Notes under the pieces: generated by a model
What the model saw: the letters and a program-made list of their open reading frames with translations, nothing else
What the model was told of the DNA's origin: nothing
Databases searched by the model: none
Translations under genes and position numbers: made by a program
Part shown: piece by piece, positions 35,301 to 47,838 of the stretch
Numbering within the stretch: the first letter of the stretch is position 1
Layout: every line of letters begins with the position of its first letter
From: Selaginella moellendorffii
Lineage: Eukaryota; Plantae; Lycopodiophyta
Reading direction: 5' to 3'
Length of the DNA stretch: 64,000 nucleotides
NCBI RefSeq assembly: GCF_000143415.4
Contig: NW_003314293.1
Span: forward strand, 1,322,431-1,386,430

Positions 35301-38300
35301 TTTAATTTCAAAGAAGAAAGTTTGCACACTTCATCTTGTTACTCCTTTTCAAATAAAGGAAAATGTGAAAATTTCTTAAAGAGAGTTATTCCTTCGGTAG
35401 AAAAATATATAAGTCCAAGAAAGAAAAGTTAATAGTTAGCATATCAACACCTTAGCTCCAAAGTAAATGTATAATATAATATAGTCTAAAGATTTCTAAA
35501 TTTAATTCAAATTTACAGTTTTATCTTATAATCACTCTTTAGCATTTTTATGATGCCTCAAGATATGGGGGAACACCATCTTTAGTATCCCTTCTTTGAT
35601 ACCCATTAAGTCCCTTTCTATTCACAACAATGTTTGTCAAATTTATTATTGAGAAAGGGCTCAAAAACTTATCTATTAAATCCCATTAATTTTTCAAACT
35701 GTAGCTAAAGTAAAGTTCTAATAAACCATGCAAAATATCCAATAATACTATTCACATTTGGATTAAGAACATTGACCATTTAATCTTCTAGATAAATTAG
35801 AGCTAACTATTGAACATTTCACTAAATCATTAAACTTCTCCATTCATGTTCACTCTAACCTTAAATTCTTTAGTATTTACATTATCACCCACTATATGGA
35901 AATAACATTTTTTAATCATATTAATTCTTTGGAATCTTCCCCCTATTATCCCATAAGGACTTACTAAACCCCTTAAGGTTTGGAAGCAAATTGCTTTGGG
36001 CTTTCACCCCACTCTATAATATGTTTATCTTTAAATATATCAAACTTTGGACTTGGTCTTAAATATGGTCTCAAACTTGGTCTTAAATTCAATCTTGGAC
36101 TTAGTTTTAAACTTGATTTTAGACTTAATTTTGAACTCGATCTTAGAGTTGTTTTAGACTTGGTCTTAAACTCTATTTCAACACGTCCATGTACCACATA
36201 TTAGTTATTTTTTTGTCCCTTTTTAAAAACTTGCTTATTAATTGTTTTGTGCCCATTCTTTAAACACTTCTTTCAGAGTTCCACTCCCACTCTCGACTTT
36301 TTAAGTTAGAGCTTTTAGTCTAAATATATTATGCTTATTAAACTTTTACTTTAGCCACTGCCACATTATTCACCTTCGACTCTACTTTGAGATTTAAAGA
36401 TTTGTGTTTTATAATTTTTTAATGACTAATCTAGCTTGATATCTAAGTAGTTTTTCCCCTTTCTAAGCCTTTAGTACTACACCATAGTTGCTACCCTCTT
36501 CTTTATAGCTATGCTATACACGAGTCATATATCAAATAATATTTTAGAGCTAAAAACATGTAAGCAAGATATTAGAGCTAAAATTCTCACTTTATCTAAT
36601 TTTGTATTTTCAATAGCCATATAGGATAGAGAGAAGCTAGTGCCATATAAGGTTGAGATATTTACCATGTAAGAGTGAAATATTAAATTTATAAAGGTTT
36701 AAATAAAAGCATTTCTCACCCAAGTCCCCAAGTTTTTAATTCAAACCCACCCCCCCACCCCCTAAATTATATCCATATGATAAATGCAAAATTATGAGAT
36801 AATGTTTTGAGTAAGTTTTATGACATTTTAGGCTATAATAGATTTGAGTGTCATTTAAGTGTTCATCACTATTTTCAATCGTAAATCTAGCCATTTGGAG
36901 GAAAAGGAACTCATCTCATTGCTTTATTTCATCTATATTCTTGAATTTAGAAAGGAGCTTAATAAAACTATATAAGTAAATTATTTTTTCAGTTCAACTA
37001 TCTATTAAGTTACATGTCATTATAGGGTCAAAATATCTCAAAAGTGGCTAAGAAAAGTAAAGAAGTTAGAAAGAACATATTAAATCTTAAGATATGCTAT
37101 TGTTTTCAAAAGAAAAACATTTTTTTCCTTATATTTTTTACATTTTATCACAAAATTTATCATTCAACCAATTATAAAGCTCAATTAACACAATATACAT
37201 ATACAAAGTATATTGCATACCACTTTTTTGTATGTTAAAAAAATAATTAAAAAACCGTTAAGATTATTTGTGGGGGCATAAATCACTTGACTTGGACCAA
37301 TGTTGTAAATTAGTATTAGAATTTGTTTAACAAATCCAAAATCATAAGCATTTTTGAAGTGATTTTTGTTGCGAAAGAAACACATGAGAAACAAAAAAAA
37401 TTAAAAGTAACAAAAAGGGCTATAAGGAAAAAGGGAAAAAATAACAATAAATAAAAAAGAAAGAAGCAATAACTACCAAGAAAAAAGAGAGAAAAGAAGT
37501 AGTAGTCGAAAAAGATGAAGAAATAAAGAAGAAGAAATTAGAAGTTTTGGAAAAAAAAGATAAGGAAAAGGAAATAATAAAAAAAACTAATTTGTTGCAT
37601 ATTGTATGCAACAACACTTGATTTACTTAATAATAGTGTTTTTCTTGTTTAGTATTATTTATTAATATAATTGATCAATCAAAAATTTATAATTTATAAA
37701 TACAAGATTATTTTTTTTGCACACCATTATATGGTAGAATAAACTAGAATATACTAGAAAGTGTTTAGGAAATTTTAAAATTTATAAACATGTTTATAAA
37801 TTATAAATATAATATTAATCTAAATGAATAACAATTTTTAAATAATAAAATATCCCAGAATATCTAGATATATTTTTTATGTATCTATCAGCTCCCTCTC
37901 TTGGATAAAAAATTTTTAGATGTTAAAGGTTTTCTAGTCTCCTTGCATTTTTTCTTGCTAGGGTTTGCCCAACACCCAGCACCTATAGCTTATTATGAAG
38001 AGTGGAGAAGGTTGGAGATGGCTCCTCCATGCTAGATATGCTCTTCTTGGCAAAAAAGAATAAGAATTATCACTTAAGCTAAGAGTTTACTTTGTGTTTG
38101 TGGCTATTGTAGGGAGAGTGTTGGCACTGCTTTCATCAGCCTCAGGGTTTATAGTGAATTCTCATGTCACAAATTGGCATTTACAAATCTTTTTTCTGCC
38201 ATGTTCATCGAGTGTAATATGTGTGATCCAGGTGAGAAAGAGAGACTAAGGCATTTCTTTTTTCTCGTATCTATCCCAGAGCAAGTTACTAAGGCATTCA

Positions 38301-39060
38301 AGGTGCACAAAACAATGTTTGAGAGACTAGATGTATATGTTAACTATGTAGTCATTGCTGCGCAAAGGGACTTCCTCAGCACTGCAAAATGGTGCAAGGT
38401 TTAAACCCATCAAATGCACAAGCCAAATAGTAAGTCTCAACTCTCATAATTTTTTCATTCCACATTCAGGATCTCAAGAGAGCACACTCTAGCCATAAGA
38501 ATCTGATGCAGGAGAGGAAGAACACCATGCTAAACTTAATGGTTTATGACTTTATGAGAGAAATGACAAGTTGTTTGGAAGCAATTGAGGAGGATTGGGT
38601 GCTGGGAATTGTGAGTATTTGGAATATTTACACTTATTTCTCTGCTGATGTTGAAGTTCCAGAAGAAGAATTGAGTTCTGAGTGAAGGCGTGGTGCTCAT
38701 ATCAAATTTCACTGCTACTGCATCCAATGGGTTGGGTATGTGGGAGCTAGGATTGTGTGTATCTTGGAGCCAATGGCAATGTTGTAGCATGTTTCCTTGA
38801 TAAATTTGGTTACTTATCTTTTTCAGTCTAACAAGAGACAAAGGTTTCATAGGCATTAGTATCCAGTTTAACTCTAGTTCAAAAAGCAATTTGCTCTTTA
38901 CTGTGTTAATAAATTATGTTTACTACTTTCCTTTGAAGTTTTCGCCTGGATCTTGAGACCACATTAAATAACGTAAACCTTTATTTATCATTATGTTTCT
39001 AATTACGCACTATTTAAAAAAAAGTGGTTTAACAGCTAGCATATATGTACAAACATAAAC
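32400..39060. repeat. AT-rich, highly decayed repeat of probable transposon origin; 34612-38990 is homologous to the spacers of triplication units 2 and 3
   Basis: Abrupt drop in GC and CpG at ~32.4 kb; stop-riddled frames. 34612 onward aligns with 42476 onward and 53259 onward. Confidence 0.6.
36040..36172. repeat. 12-bp periodic repeat (aaacttggtctt-like), reading (S/L)-(R/K)-P-S repeats on the minus strand
   Basis: Minus frame reads LRSSSKLSLKSSLKLSPRLNLRPSLRPYLRPSPK. Related copy at 54720-54840; deleted in unit 2. Confidence 0.6.
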
Positions 39061-39227
39061 TTATTTTGCACTCTCGGTAAAGAAAAAATCCAAATAAATA
39101 GGAATAAGAACCAACCTAGCAAGTTCTGATTTTGGTTTGAAAGTTTGGCTGAAGTGTCGGCGGTGCCCACGATGCGAGAGAACGCGTTCAAGCCCTAGCC
39201 AGCGTTCCATGCGGGGGCCGATCGCCA

Positions 39228-40701
39228 ATGCCAGAGGACGATGCATATCGATTCGAGGTCACGGGGCCAAAGCGCAAGCATTTCAACTGGTAAAGAATTT
39301 CGCCGCCCTAGCTGCATTGCTCTGTTTGAAGCGATTCTTGGCGGGCTGGGTGTGTGATTTTGGCAGTAGAATCCCGTTTCGATTGATTCCAATCGCCCCC
39401 GAGAGAATTCTCAGCTACCCTAGGCTTGTCTTTGGATCATAGCCTTTCATTTGTCCCATTTTGGTGTCTCTTTCGTTCACTTGCGTGATAAGGGCTGATT
39501 GATAAGTAGCTAGAGTTATTTCGATGGCTAGTCTTTAGTGGATTGGTCCTCACTTCTCCATTCTTTTTTTTTTTGTTGTTTCGCAAAGCTTGCTTGGGCT
39601 TTTGTCTACTTTTTTGTTTCATTGCTGCTAAAGACTTGGTCCGGTTAGAGTTCTCGTCCTTTAAAAGCTTTTTATCTCGAGTCCTCGCGAGTTCTTACCA
39701 TACATTCTTTCCAGGGATGTTCCGGACGACAAAAGAGCAATCTTGGCATGCCTTGTGTCAAGCGTGTACTCACTCCAGCACGACAGATCGAAAAACTACA
39801 CAGGAACTCCGCAAGCTCTCGCTCCTCCCTGGTGGACGTCCTTCAACTACGAGCTCCTCGACGTGATCCTCGGCAATGACAAGCTCCGGATCAACGGCGC
39901 AGTGTTCGTGTGGAACTACAAAAACCACTGGAAGCCTGCCAGAGCTCCGATGGTGGTCCTGGCGCTCAGAGGCACGGACAGCCTAACCAGCGACTACATC
40001 GTCGACTTCAAGATCGCCAACCAGGAGCTTTACAAGACAGGCAGGTTCACAGCCGCGTACAACGCTCTCCGAAACGCCGTCGCATGGCATGGCAAGGACA
40101 ACGTTTGCATCACGGGGCACTCGCTCGGATGATGGCATCGCAGGGCCAGTTCGTCGAGGCTCATCTCTTCAATCCGCCATTCTCGTCCTCGACCGCTCCA
40201 TACAAGTCACTCTTTGGTGCTGAGACTTACAGCAATCTCCAAGAGGTTTACACCGTTGCAAAGGCCGGGCTCGTCAACTTACTGGTGGATGCCGCAAAGA
40301 GAAGGGAGTCCGAGGCAGAGTTTGCGGCACTTGGAAGCTGGTACCCGGACATGTATGTTCATCCCAGTGATCCGGTATGCTCGGGCTTTCTCGAGCACTT
40401 CAAGAACTATCAGTATATGCTACAGGGGAAGTACGCGAGATTGGCGATGCCTCACGAATCCATCCGGGGCGTGCTCTGCTCCTCCAAAGCGAAGCCGCAT
40501 CACCTCATCCCCTCGGCAAGGCTTCACGTCCCAGCGGATGAAGGCAAAGCTGCGAGTGCTCGAGACGCTCATTCTCTTACACAGTGGTGGTCGGATGGAG
40601 CAGTCGTCCAGGTGCAATTTGTCAACTTGACAGGTCAAGAACACTTGGATCATCCGCTGCAAATCCCGTTTGGGGGGATAAGCGACGAAGCTATGGTGTA
40701 G
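39228..40701 (+). pseudogene. Class-3 lipase (At4g10955-like) copy 1, frameshifted
   Basis: Exon 1 39228-39289, intron to 39714. A 28-bp deletion right after GHSLG gives an immediate TGA (40130-40132); the remainder is in another frame. Confidence 0.85.
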
Positions 40702-41163
40702 TACGCGGCTACATATTTTCTCTGTGCTCAAAGAGCCCGAGAAAAAAGTTTTTATTTTTTCCTGTGCTAGACCAAGGTTTGAAGAGAACGCGGCGTGTTT
40801 TCGACGTTCAATCTTACTGGAAGAACGTCACAGGTGGATGTTTACCACGTCATGACTTTACAATGAACACTTTCATTGTCTGCTCGAGCCAAAGCCTTCA
40901 AGCTCGCGTTTGTTTTTGTTAGATGGTTAAAGAGAGAACGAGGCCGGATAATGAGGGTTGGCGGTTTCAACTGGAGAAGCACAAACCAGTGAGGACAGAT
41001 AATGGAGAATAACTTCAGAAAGAAGAAGCTGAGCTTCCCGAAAATGAGATTTTTTAATCGATCAAGCGTTCACTCTGCTTCCGCGAAAGTTAGGTTTTTT
41101 ATGGGGCTCCTTGCATCCCTTTTGCAGTACTATAAGGTCACTCTTCTAGGTATTGCCCTTGTG

Positions 41164-42408
41164 ATGAAGAAACGGAGACATGAAGCGCCTGTGTTGCTGC
41201 AAGACGACGTTTTGGAGACGGTTCTCAGCTATGTGGACCTGGCCACACTAGCGACCTCATGCTCCGCCGTTTGCAAGTCATGGAACGCCATCATCGGCGA
41301 TCCATCCTTTCGCCGCCGCTGGTGCCAAAACAGTGGCCACAAGGAATCCTTGCGGCTTATGACTAGCTCCTTCGACTACGGCGAGCGTTGCCACGCCTGG
41401 GATCCATCACGGCCCCAACGCAGCGTGGAGTTTCCGTTGCCCCACAAAACGGAAGAATTTCCTAACGCTCAAGTGGTTGCTTCCGCGGGTGGCCTGGTAT
41501 GCGTCTTCAGGACGCACAGGGGCATGGTTGATCCTGCTGATGATGTGTTTCACCTGGTGGTGGGGAATCCAGTGACCCAAGAGTGGAGCGAACTACCACC
41601 GCTCCATTGGGAGGACAGAGAAAGATGCACTTTAGCGGGAGTGATCGACTTTGCCATGTTCGTCGACAAGAATGGCTTCAAAGTCGGTCTGCACTACACC
41701 GCTGTCGACTTCTCAGGCCACTGGTGCTGCATCTACGACTCGGCAACGCGCTCCTGGTCTTCTCTCCCCAAGCTCCCGTTCTCGCCAGCCTACGTCAAAA
41801 TGAAGGCGCAGCGGCTTTCAGATTACAGGGTGGACGTGGCACCCCCTGCCGTATTCCCAGGCTTGGACGATTACTTCTACGATCTCACCATCCTGGGATT
41901 TTACGACTTTGGCCGCGCCAGGTGGAGCACCGGGGAAGTCGTGCGCAGCCTGAGGATTACAACAGGCCTGGAAGACAAGGTTGACCCGGATGGAGAGATC
42001 CTGCGCTGCGTCTTGCCGCTCCCGGGACTGTGCACCGCGAGGCTGTGGGAGTACAATGGCCAGCGATACTTGGCAAGTGGCTGGGTGTATGCGGGAGGCT
42101 ACCGCGAGGCAGGGGAGTCCGGAGTTGATGGCTATGGCGTGTGGAAGGTTGACGACAAGGGTGGCTTGGTTGCCGTCTCTGCAAAGACCCATAAATCGAT
42201 CCTTCGTCAAGTGTACGCTGGGCAGCGCTTTTTCGGAGCGGTTTTCCGTTGTTCTGTTCATGCAGAGGCCAATCTGGTGATCTTTTCAGAGATAGGGATC
42301 ATGTTTGTTTACGACTTGAGCACAGGGGATTGGGGCGGAGTAGGGGGGCACGTAGATGAATATTCACAAGCAGTGATTTTTCGCCCGTCCCTCAGGGCAC
42401 CTAGATGA
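41164..42408 (+). CDS. F-box protein (kelch/FBA-like C-terminus) copy 1
   Basis: LQDDVLETVLSYVDLATLATSCSAVCKSWNAIIGDPSF; VASAGGLVC; VGNPVTQEWSELPPL; IYDSATRSW; VYDLSTGDW..F.PSL. An upstream in-frame ATG at 41002 exists only in this copy. Confidence 0.88.
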   Translation: MKKRRHEAPVLLQDDVLETVLSYVDLATLATSCSAVCKSWNAIIGDPSFRRRWCQNSGHKESLRLMTSSFDYGERCHAWDPSRPQRSVEFPLPHKTEEFPNAQVVASAGGLVCVFRTHRGMVDPADDVFHLVVGNPVTQEWSELPPLHWEDRERCTLAGVIDFAMFVDKNGFKVGLHYTAVDFSGHWCCIYDSATRSWSSLPKLPFSPAYVKMKAQRLSDYRVDVAPPAVFPGLDDYFYDLTILGFYDFGRARWSTGEVVRSLRITTGLEDKVDPDGEILRCVLPLPGLCTARLWEYNGQRYLASGWVYAGGYREAGESGVDGYGVWKVDDKGGLVAVSAKTHKSILRQVYAGQRFFGAVFRCSVHAEANLVIFSEIGIMFVYDLSTGDWGGVGGHVDEYSQAVIFRPSLRAPR

Positions 42409-44674
42409 TCCAGAAAGGAGGATGAACGCCACACAAACAGGTATTGTTAATCCTAGAGTACATAAATTGCAAGATATATTACATTATTGAGATTATTGTA
42501 ATAGTAGCTTAGTATAATAAAATGTATTGAGAAGCAAAGAGTGGATAAATTTTTGCTCGTTTTTTGCATTTTATGAGTTGAATATATTTTTATTCAAAGA
42601 GTTTTAAAGATGGCACTAATTAATATTTATTAAGAAGTTTCTAGTTTATAACAATAATAGAAATTGTTGAACTTTGTGAATTTCATCAATTGATGCTATT
42701 AAATAAAGGGTAATATCGTTTTTTCACTATGCATTTTTTTGAATTTTTTTTGTAATGTTGAGTCAACCAATAGGTGTATGACATACATTAGATTAGGGAA
42801 GAAGGTAGATATAATATTTATTTTTTTGCTTATTCAAAGAAATTTTGTGAGAGTAAAATTTTCTTTACTATAGCATGCTCTTTTCCTTAATTTTCTTTTT
42901 AGGGTAATAAGTCCATTTCTCACATCTTTATTTAAATCTTTGTAAGTTTTTTAATTTCTTTTTTTTACTACAAAAATATTAAATCTATAAATATTCTTCA
43001 ATCTCAATATAAATCATAGATGAGAATGCTATATTTTGAAGATTTCAAAGGGGAAAGGGGATTGTAGGGATTAGCTTTTTTTAAAACATATTAAAGAAAT
43101 ATTAAGCCAACTTCAAGAATAAATAAAAATTTAATCTCAAAGAAGAAAGTTAATACACTTTATCATATTACTTCTTTTCAGATAAGGGAAAATGTGAATT
43201 TTTTTTAAAAAAGAATCATTCCTTTGGTAAAAAAATACATAAATCTAAGAAAAAGAAGCTAGCATGGTAGCACCTTAGGAAACTAAAAAAAAAGGTATAA
43301 TATAAAATAGTTTAAAGATTTCTAAATTTAATTCAAATTTACACTTTCATTTTATAATCAATTTTTAACATCCTTATGATGCCCCAAGATATGGGGGAAT
43401 ATAATTTCTCCTTCTTTGATCCTTATTAAATTATTTTTTGTTCACAACAATATTTGCCAATTCTGTTATTAGAACAAGTTCCAAGAGTTAATAGGATTTA
43501 ATGAATAAGTTTTTAAGCCTTCCTCACCACATAGCTATACTTTTAGTTATTAAGCAAAAGGACCATTCATTTTTTATTAAATTCCCCAATCATGTATTTA
43601 AAGTAAAGTTCTGATGAGTTATACAAAATATTCAAATAGTGCTACCCACACTTGAATTAAGAGCATTGACCATTCAATCTCCTAAAAAAGATAGAGCTAA
43701 ATATTATACATTTCAACAAATCATTCAATTTATCCATTCATGTTTATTTTAACCTTGGACTCCTTAATATTTACATCATCACCCACCATATGAAAATAAC
43801 CTTTTTTGGTCATATTGATTCTTTAGAATCCTCCTCTTATTATCCCATAGAAACTTATTAAACCCCTTAATGTTTAGGAAAAAATTGCTTTGGGCTTTCA
43901 CCCCACCTTCAAATATGTTTGTCCCTAGATATATCAAGCCTTATAAGTTATAAGTTATTAGCCTTATAAGTTATTTGATACATAATTTATATATGGCATG
44001 GCTATCAAGAAAAAGGCAGTAATCATAATGTAATATTGAGGCTTAGGGGAAAAACATATTTAAAAGCTAAAAACACCTAAGTAAGATTTTAGAGCTAAAA
44101 TTCTATCACAATATTTAATTTTGTGTTTTCAATTGCTATATAGGATAAAGAGAAATTAGTGCCATAAGGTTGGGGTGTTTACCATGTAGGAGTGAGGCAT
44201 AAAATTTATGGAGGTTTAAATAAAGGCACTTCTCACCCAAGTCTTTAATTCAAACCCCATATTTATATGATAAATGGAAAATTATGAAGTAAATTTTTAT
44301 GTAGATTTTATGACATTTTAGGCTATAATAGATTTGATTGTCATCACTTTTTTCAATTGCAAATTTAGCCATTTGGAGAAAAAGGAACTCATCCTATTGT
44401 TCTATTTCATTAGTGTTCTTAAGTTTAGAAAAGAATTTAATAAAACTATACAAATAAGTAATTTGTTGAGTTCAACTATCTATTAAGTTGCATTTTATTA
44501 TAGGGTTAAAATATCTCGAGAATGGTTAAGAAAAGTAAAGAAGTTAGGAAAAACATATCAAATTTAAAAGTATGCTATTTTTTTAAAAAGAGAAACATTC
44601 TTTCCTTATATTTCTTAGATTCTATCACAAAATTTATTCAATCAATTACAAAACTCAATTATTATTTTATATAT

Positions 44675-47600
44675 CCTGAGGGCCAAGTGTATGGCTACGA
44701 TGTCGTATACTAATATTAGCATAATAGGATTTTGGTAGCTGTCAGATTGGTTTCAATCCAGACCACTCACTCTTGTATATAAGCTAAGGTTTTTGGGTTA
44801 ATTGATATGCACGTTTCTATATTCCCTTTCCATATTCCATGCACTCACATTGGTGGAGGTAAGGGGCACCTTTGATTGTCCCTGAAGAGTGTTTGGATTT
44901 GAGATTTTGGTTTAGATCTAGCTTTTGCATTGTTTAGATCTAACTTTTTCCATTTCCTTCCTTTTGTTCTTTCTTTTTAGGATTTTGGTTTAGATCTAGC
45001 TTTTTGCATTGTCTAAATTTATCATTTCCTTCTAGCTTTTTTCTCTTTTTTTGCTCTTTCTTTTTCATTCATTTTCATGGTAGATCAACAATCTCCTCTA
45101 ACTCGAGTAGTAGTTGGTACAATTGCTTAATGCTATGTGCTTGCAATTGAACAACCAAACTCAATTGATGGCAGCATTCACGGCACGTGGTACAACTCCT
45201 GCTCTTGGTGCCAATCCTTGCATTCGGCCGGAGTTCTTTCGCAGGAATCCTAGGGATGATGTGTACCATTGGTTTAATCACTTCATGGTGATTGCCATAT
45301 ATCATTCTTGGGATGATGCTCGCTATTTGTGTGGGTTTCCCATATGTCTCCAAGGGACGGCATTGCAGTGGTACAATGGTTTGAGCGCAACCACTCGTGA
45401 GGATTGAGTATTCTACAAATTGATCATGACAAACTTGTAGTTGTTCTAAAGTTCCTTACTCTGAAGTGTGTGAATGATGTGCAACGCTTCTTGGGCAAGG
45501 TGCAATATCTTGGTTGTTTTGTAGATCATCTTTCTGATCACATTGCACTGTTGCGAGCGTTGCTAAAGTCATCAATATCATCTTTCATCTGGTCTCTAGA
45601 TTGTGAGTGGGCGTTCAAGGATCTCAAAGAGCTATTGACGACTCCTCTGATTTTGGCATATCCTAACTACACTTGACCTTTATTTTGCGCATGGATGCTT
45701 ATGACATTGATCTTGGAGATGTGTTGATTCAAGAGAGCTTGAGTGTGCCTGATCAGTGCCATCCCATTATGTATATAAGCCATACATTACAACCAGCAGA
45801 AATGAACTACTCCACGACAGAGAAGGAGTGTTTAGTAGCAATTTAGGGTTTCAAGAAACTTCATGCATATCTACATGGTTCTCGGACGTTACTTGAAGGT
45901 GATCATGCTGTTGTTACTTCATTATTAAAGCAGAAGAACCTAGTTAGTCATACTGCTTAATAGGCGTTGAAGCTTTAGATATATGATTTTGATGTTATTC
46001 ATCGCCCTGGGAGTTCTTTGGCTGATGTTGATGCCCTTTTTCGAGCTCCTCTTTCTTCTCCATTCTCTTCTCATGTTTCTGACGAGCCTGTTGTTTTAGC
46101 CTCTGTGGATTTTCTATACGAGGATTCTGTGCCGTTGACAGTTGTTGTACTTGACGTTCAGTGTCCACAAGGCGTAGAGCAAGATCTACCTTCTCTTGAT
46201 GAGGTTCGCGAGGCTCAAAAGATTGAGCTGTGGATTCGAAGACTTTGAGATGGGTTTAAGAATCTTGCATCACTTGCTGATGACTTGCCTTTCTGGCATT
46301 TATATTCTCAATATCACCTTGAAGACGGCCTTCTTTATTTTGTGGGGACGGATCCTAATGATCATTTACGGCTAGTGGTGCCTTCTATCTTTATTCCGCG
46401 GTTTCTCTATGCCTAACATGATTCTGGTGGGCATATGGGACATCGTCGCGTAACCAAGAAGCTGCGTAGGTCTTTCTATTGGCCGGAGATATAATGTGAT
46501 ATTATCCGGTATGTGCATAGCTGCGTTTGGTGCCAAGCTCGTAATACTCCCCTTCGGGTTGCAGAAGGACCGTTGGAGTCAATTACAATTTCCCGTCTGT
46601 TTGAGTTGGTGACATTTGATCTTATGGGACCTTTTCCACGATCGACTATTGGCAATGAGTATGTTATTATTGCTTCTGACTACTTGACTCGTTGGGTGGA
46701 AGTTGGTGCTCTTGCTAGCGCCTCTGCAACTGTTGTTGGATACTTCCTCCTCAATCGAGTGGTGTTTCAACATTCTTGTCCAGAGCGAATTCTTTCGAAT
46801 AGAGGTCCTACATTTATGGCTGAGGCATTTCATGTTTTGATGTCTCGGTTGGGGATACGCCACACTTTCACGAGTACTTATCATCCACAATTAAACGGTC
46901 TGGTGGAATAACTCATTTGGACATTCAAGGGGATAATTGCAAAGTATGTGAACTTTTAGCATTCGGATTGGGATGGTTATTTGCCGTCTCTTCGGTATGC
47001 ATATATCACAAGGGTGCAGAGTTCTATTGGTGCTTCACCATATAAATTCCTATATGGTCATGATCCAATATTACCAATGGAACTAGGTTTACCTTCGCGA
47101 TTGCCATGAGTTGCAAATATTAAGTTGTGGGATCAGTATTTGACAAGCATTCTTCCACTTGTCCAAGCGGAGTTTGCCAAACACTTAGGCCACGTACAAG
47201 TGGGACAACAACGGTGGTACAACTCCCATCATCGTCCACCTGCAGAGTACAAAGTGGATGATTTGGTGTTAGTTTATTTTCCCTATCTTATGGTACGTGG
47301 TTTATCTAAAAGGCTCTTTGCACAATGGAAAGGACCATATTGGGTGTTATGGCAAGTTGGACTACAAGTTTATGAGGTTCGGCATGATATCCAGCAGGCT
47401 GATCTTCCAGAGATTGTGTATGTGCAGTAGTTGAAACGCTTCATACAAAGGGATCAGGAGCAGTTAATACCACCTACAGATCCACCGATGCCTCCTCTTG
47501 ACATTCCTCTAGATCCCGGCCTGTCTACAAGAGAACCCTAATGCTCTTCCATTATTCTAAGAGGAGGGGATGATGTGAGGGCCAAGTGTATGGCTACAAT

Positions 47601-47744
47601 GCCATATACTAATATTAGCATAATGGGATTTTGGTAGCCATTGGATTGGTTTCAATCTAGACCACTCACTCCTGTATATAAGCTAGGGTTTTTGGGCTAA
47701 TTGATATACACATTTTTGTATTCCCTTTTTATATTCCATGCACT

Positions 47745-47748
<4 letters not shown>
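44675..47748 (+). mobile_element. Internally deleted, inactive Ty3/Gypsy LTR retrotransposon (~3.07 kb) with ~175-bp LTRs
   Basis: 5' LTR ~44675-44849 followed by PBS-like ttggtggagg. Gag fragment joined to the RT-end/RNase H (AEMNYSTTEKECL, IHRPG..ADVDAL), then integrase (HHCC, DLMGPFP, YHPQLNGLVE, WKGPY). PPT aagaggaggggatga; 3' LTR 47574-47748. Many stops; protease and most of RT absent. Confidence 0.9.
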
Positions 47749-47751
<3 letters not shown>

Positions 47752-47816
<65 letters not shown>

Positions 47817-47838
47817 TAGATAGATAGATAGATAGATA
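47752..47838. repeat. (TA)n plus (GATA)n microsatellite abutting the 3' LTR
   Basis: Directly visible in the sequence. Confidence 0.95.

Noticed and set aside
42420-42470. Helitron 3' end explaining the tandem lipase-F-box units (CTAG at 42453)
   Set aside because: No subterminal hairpin; CTAG is followed by A rather than T; no Rep/helicase remnants recognised.
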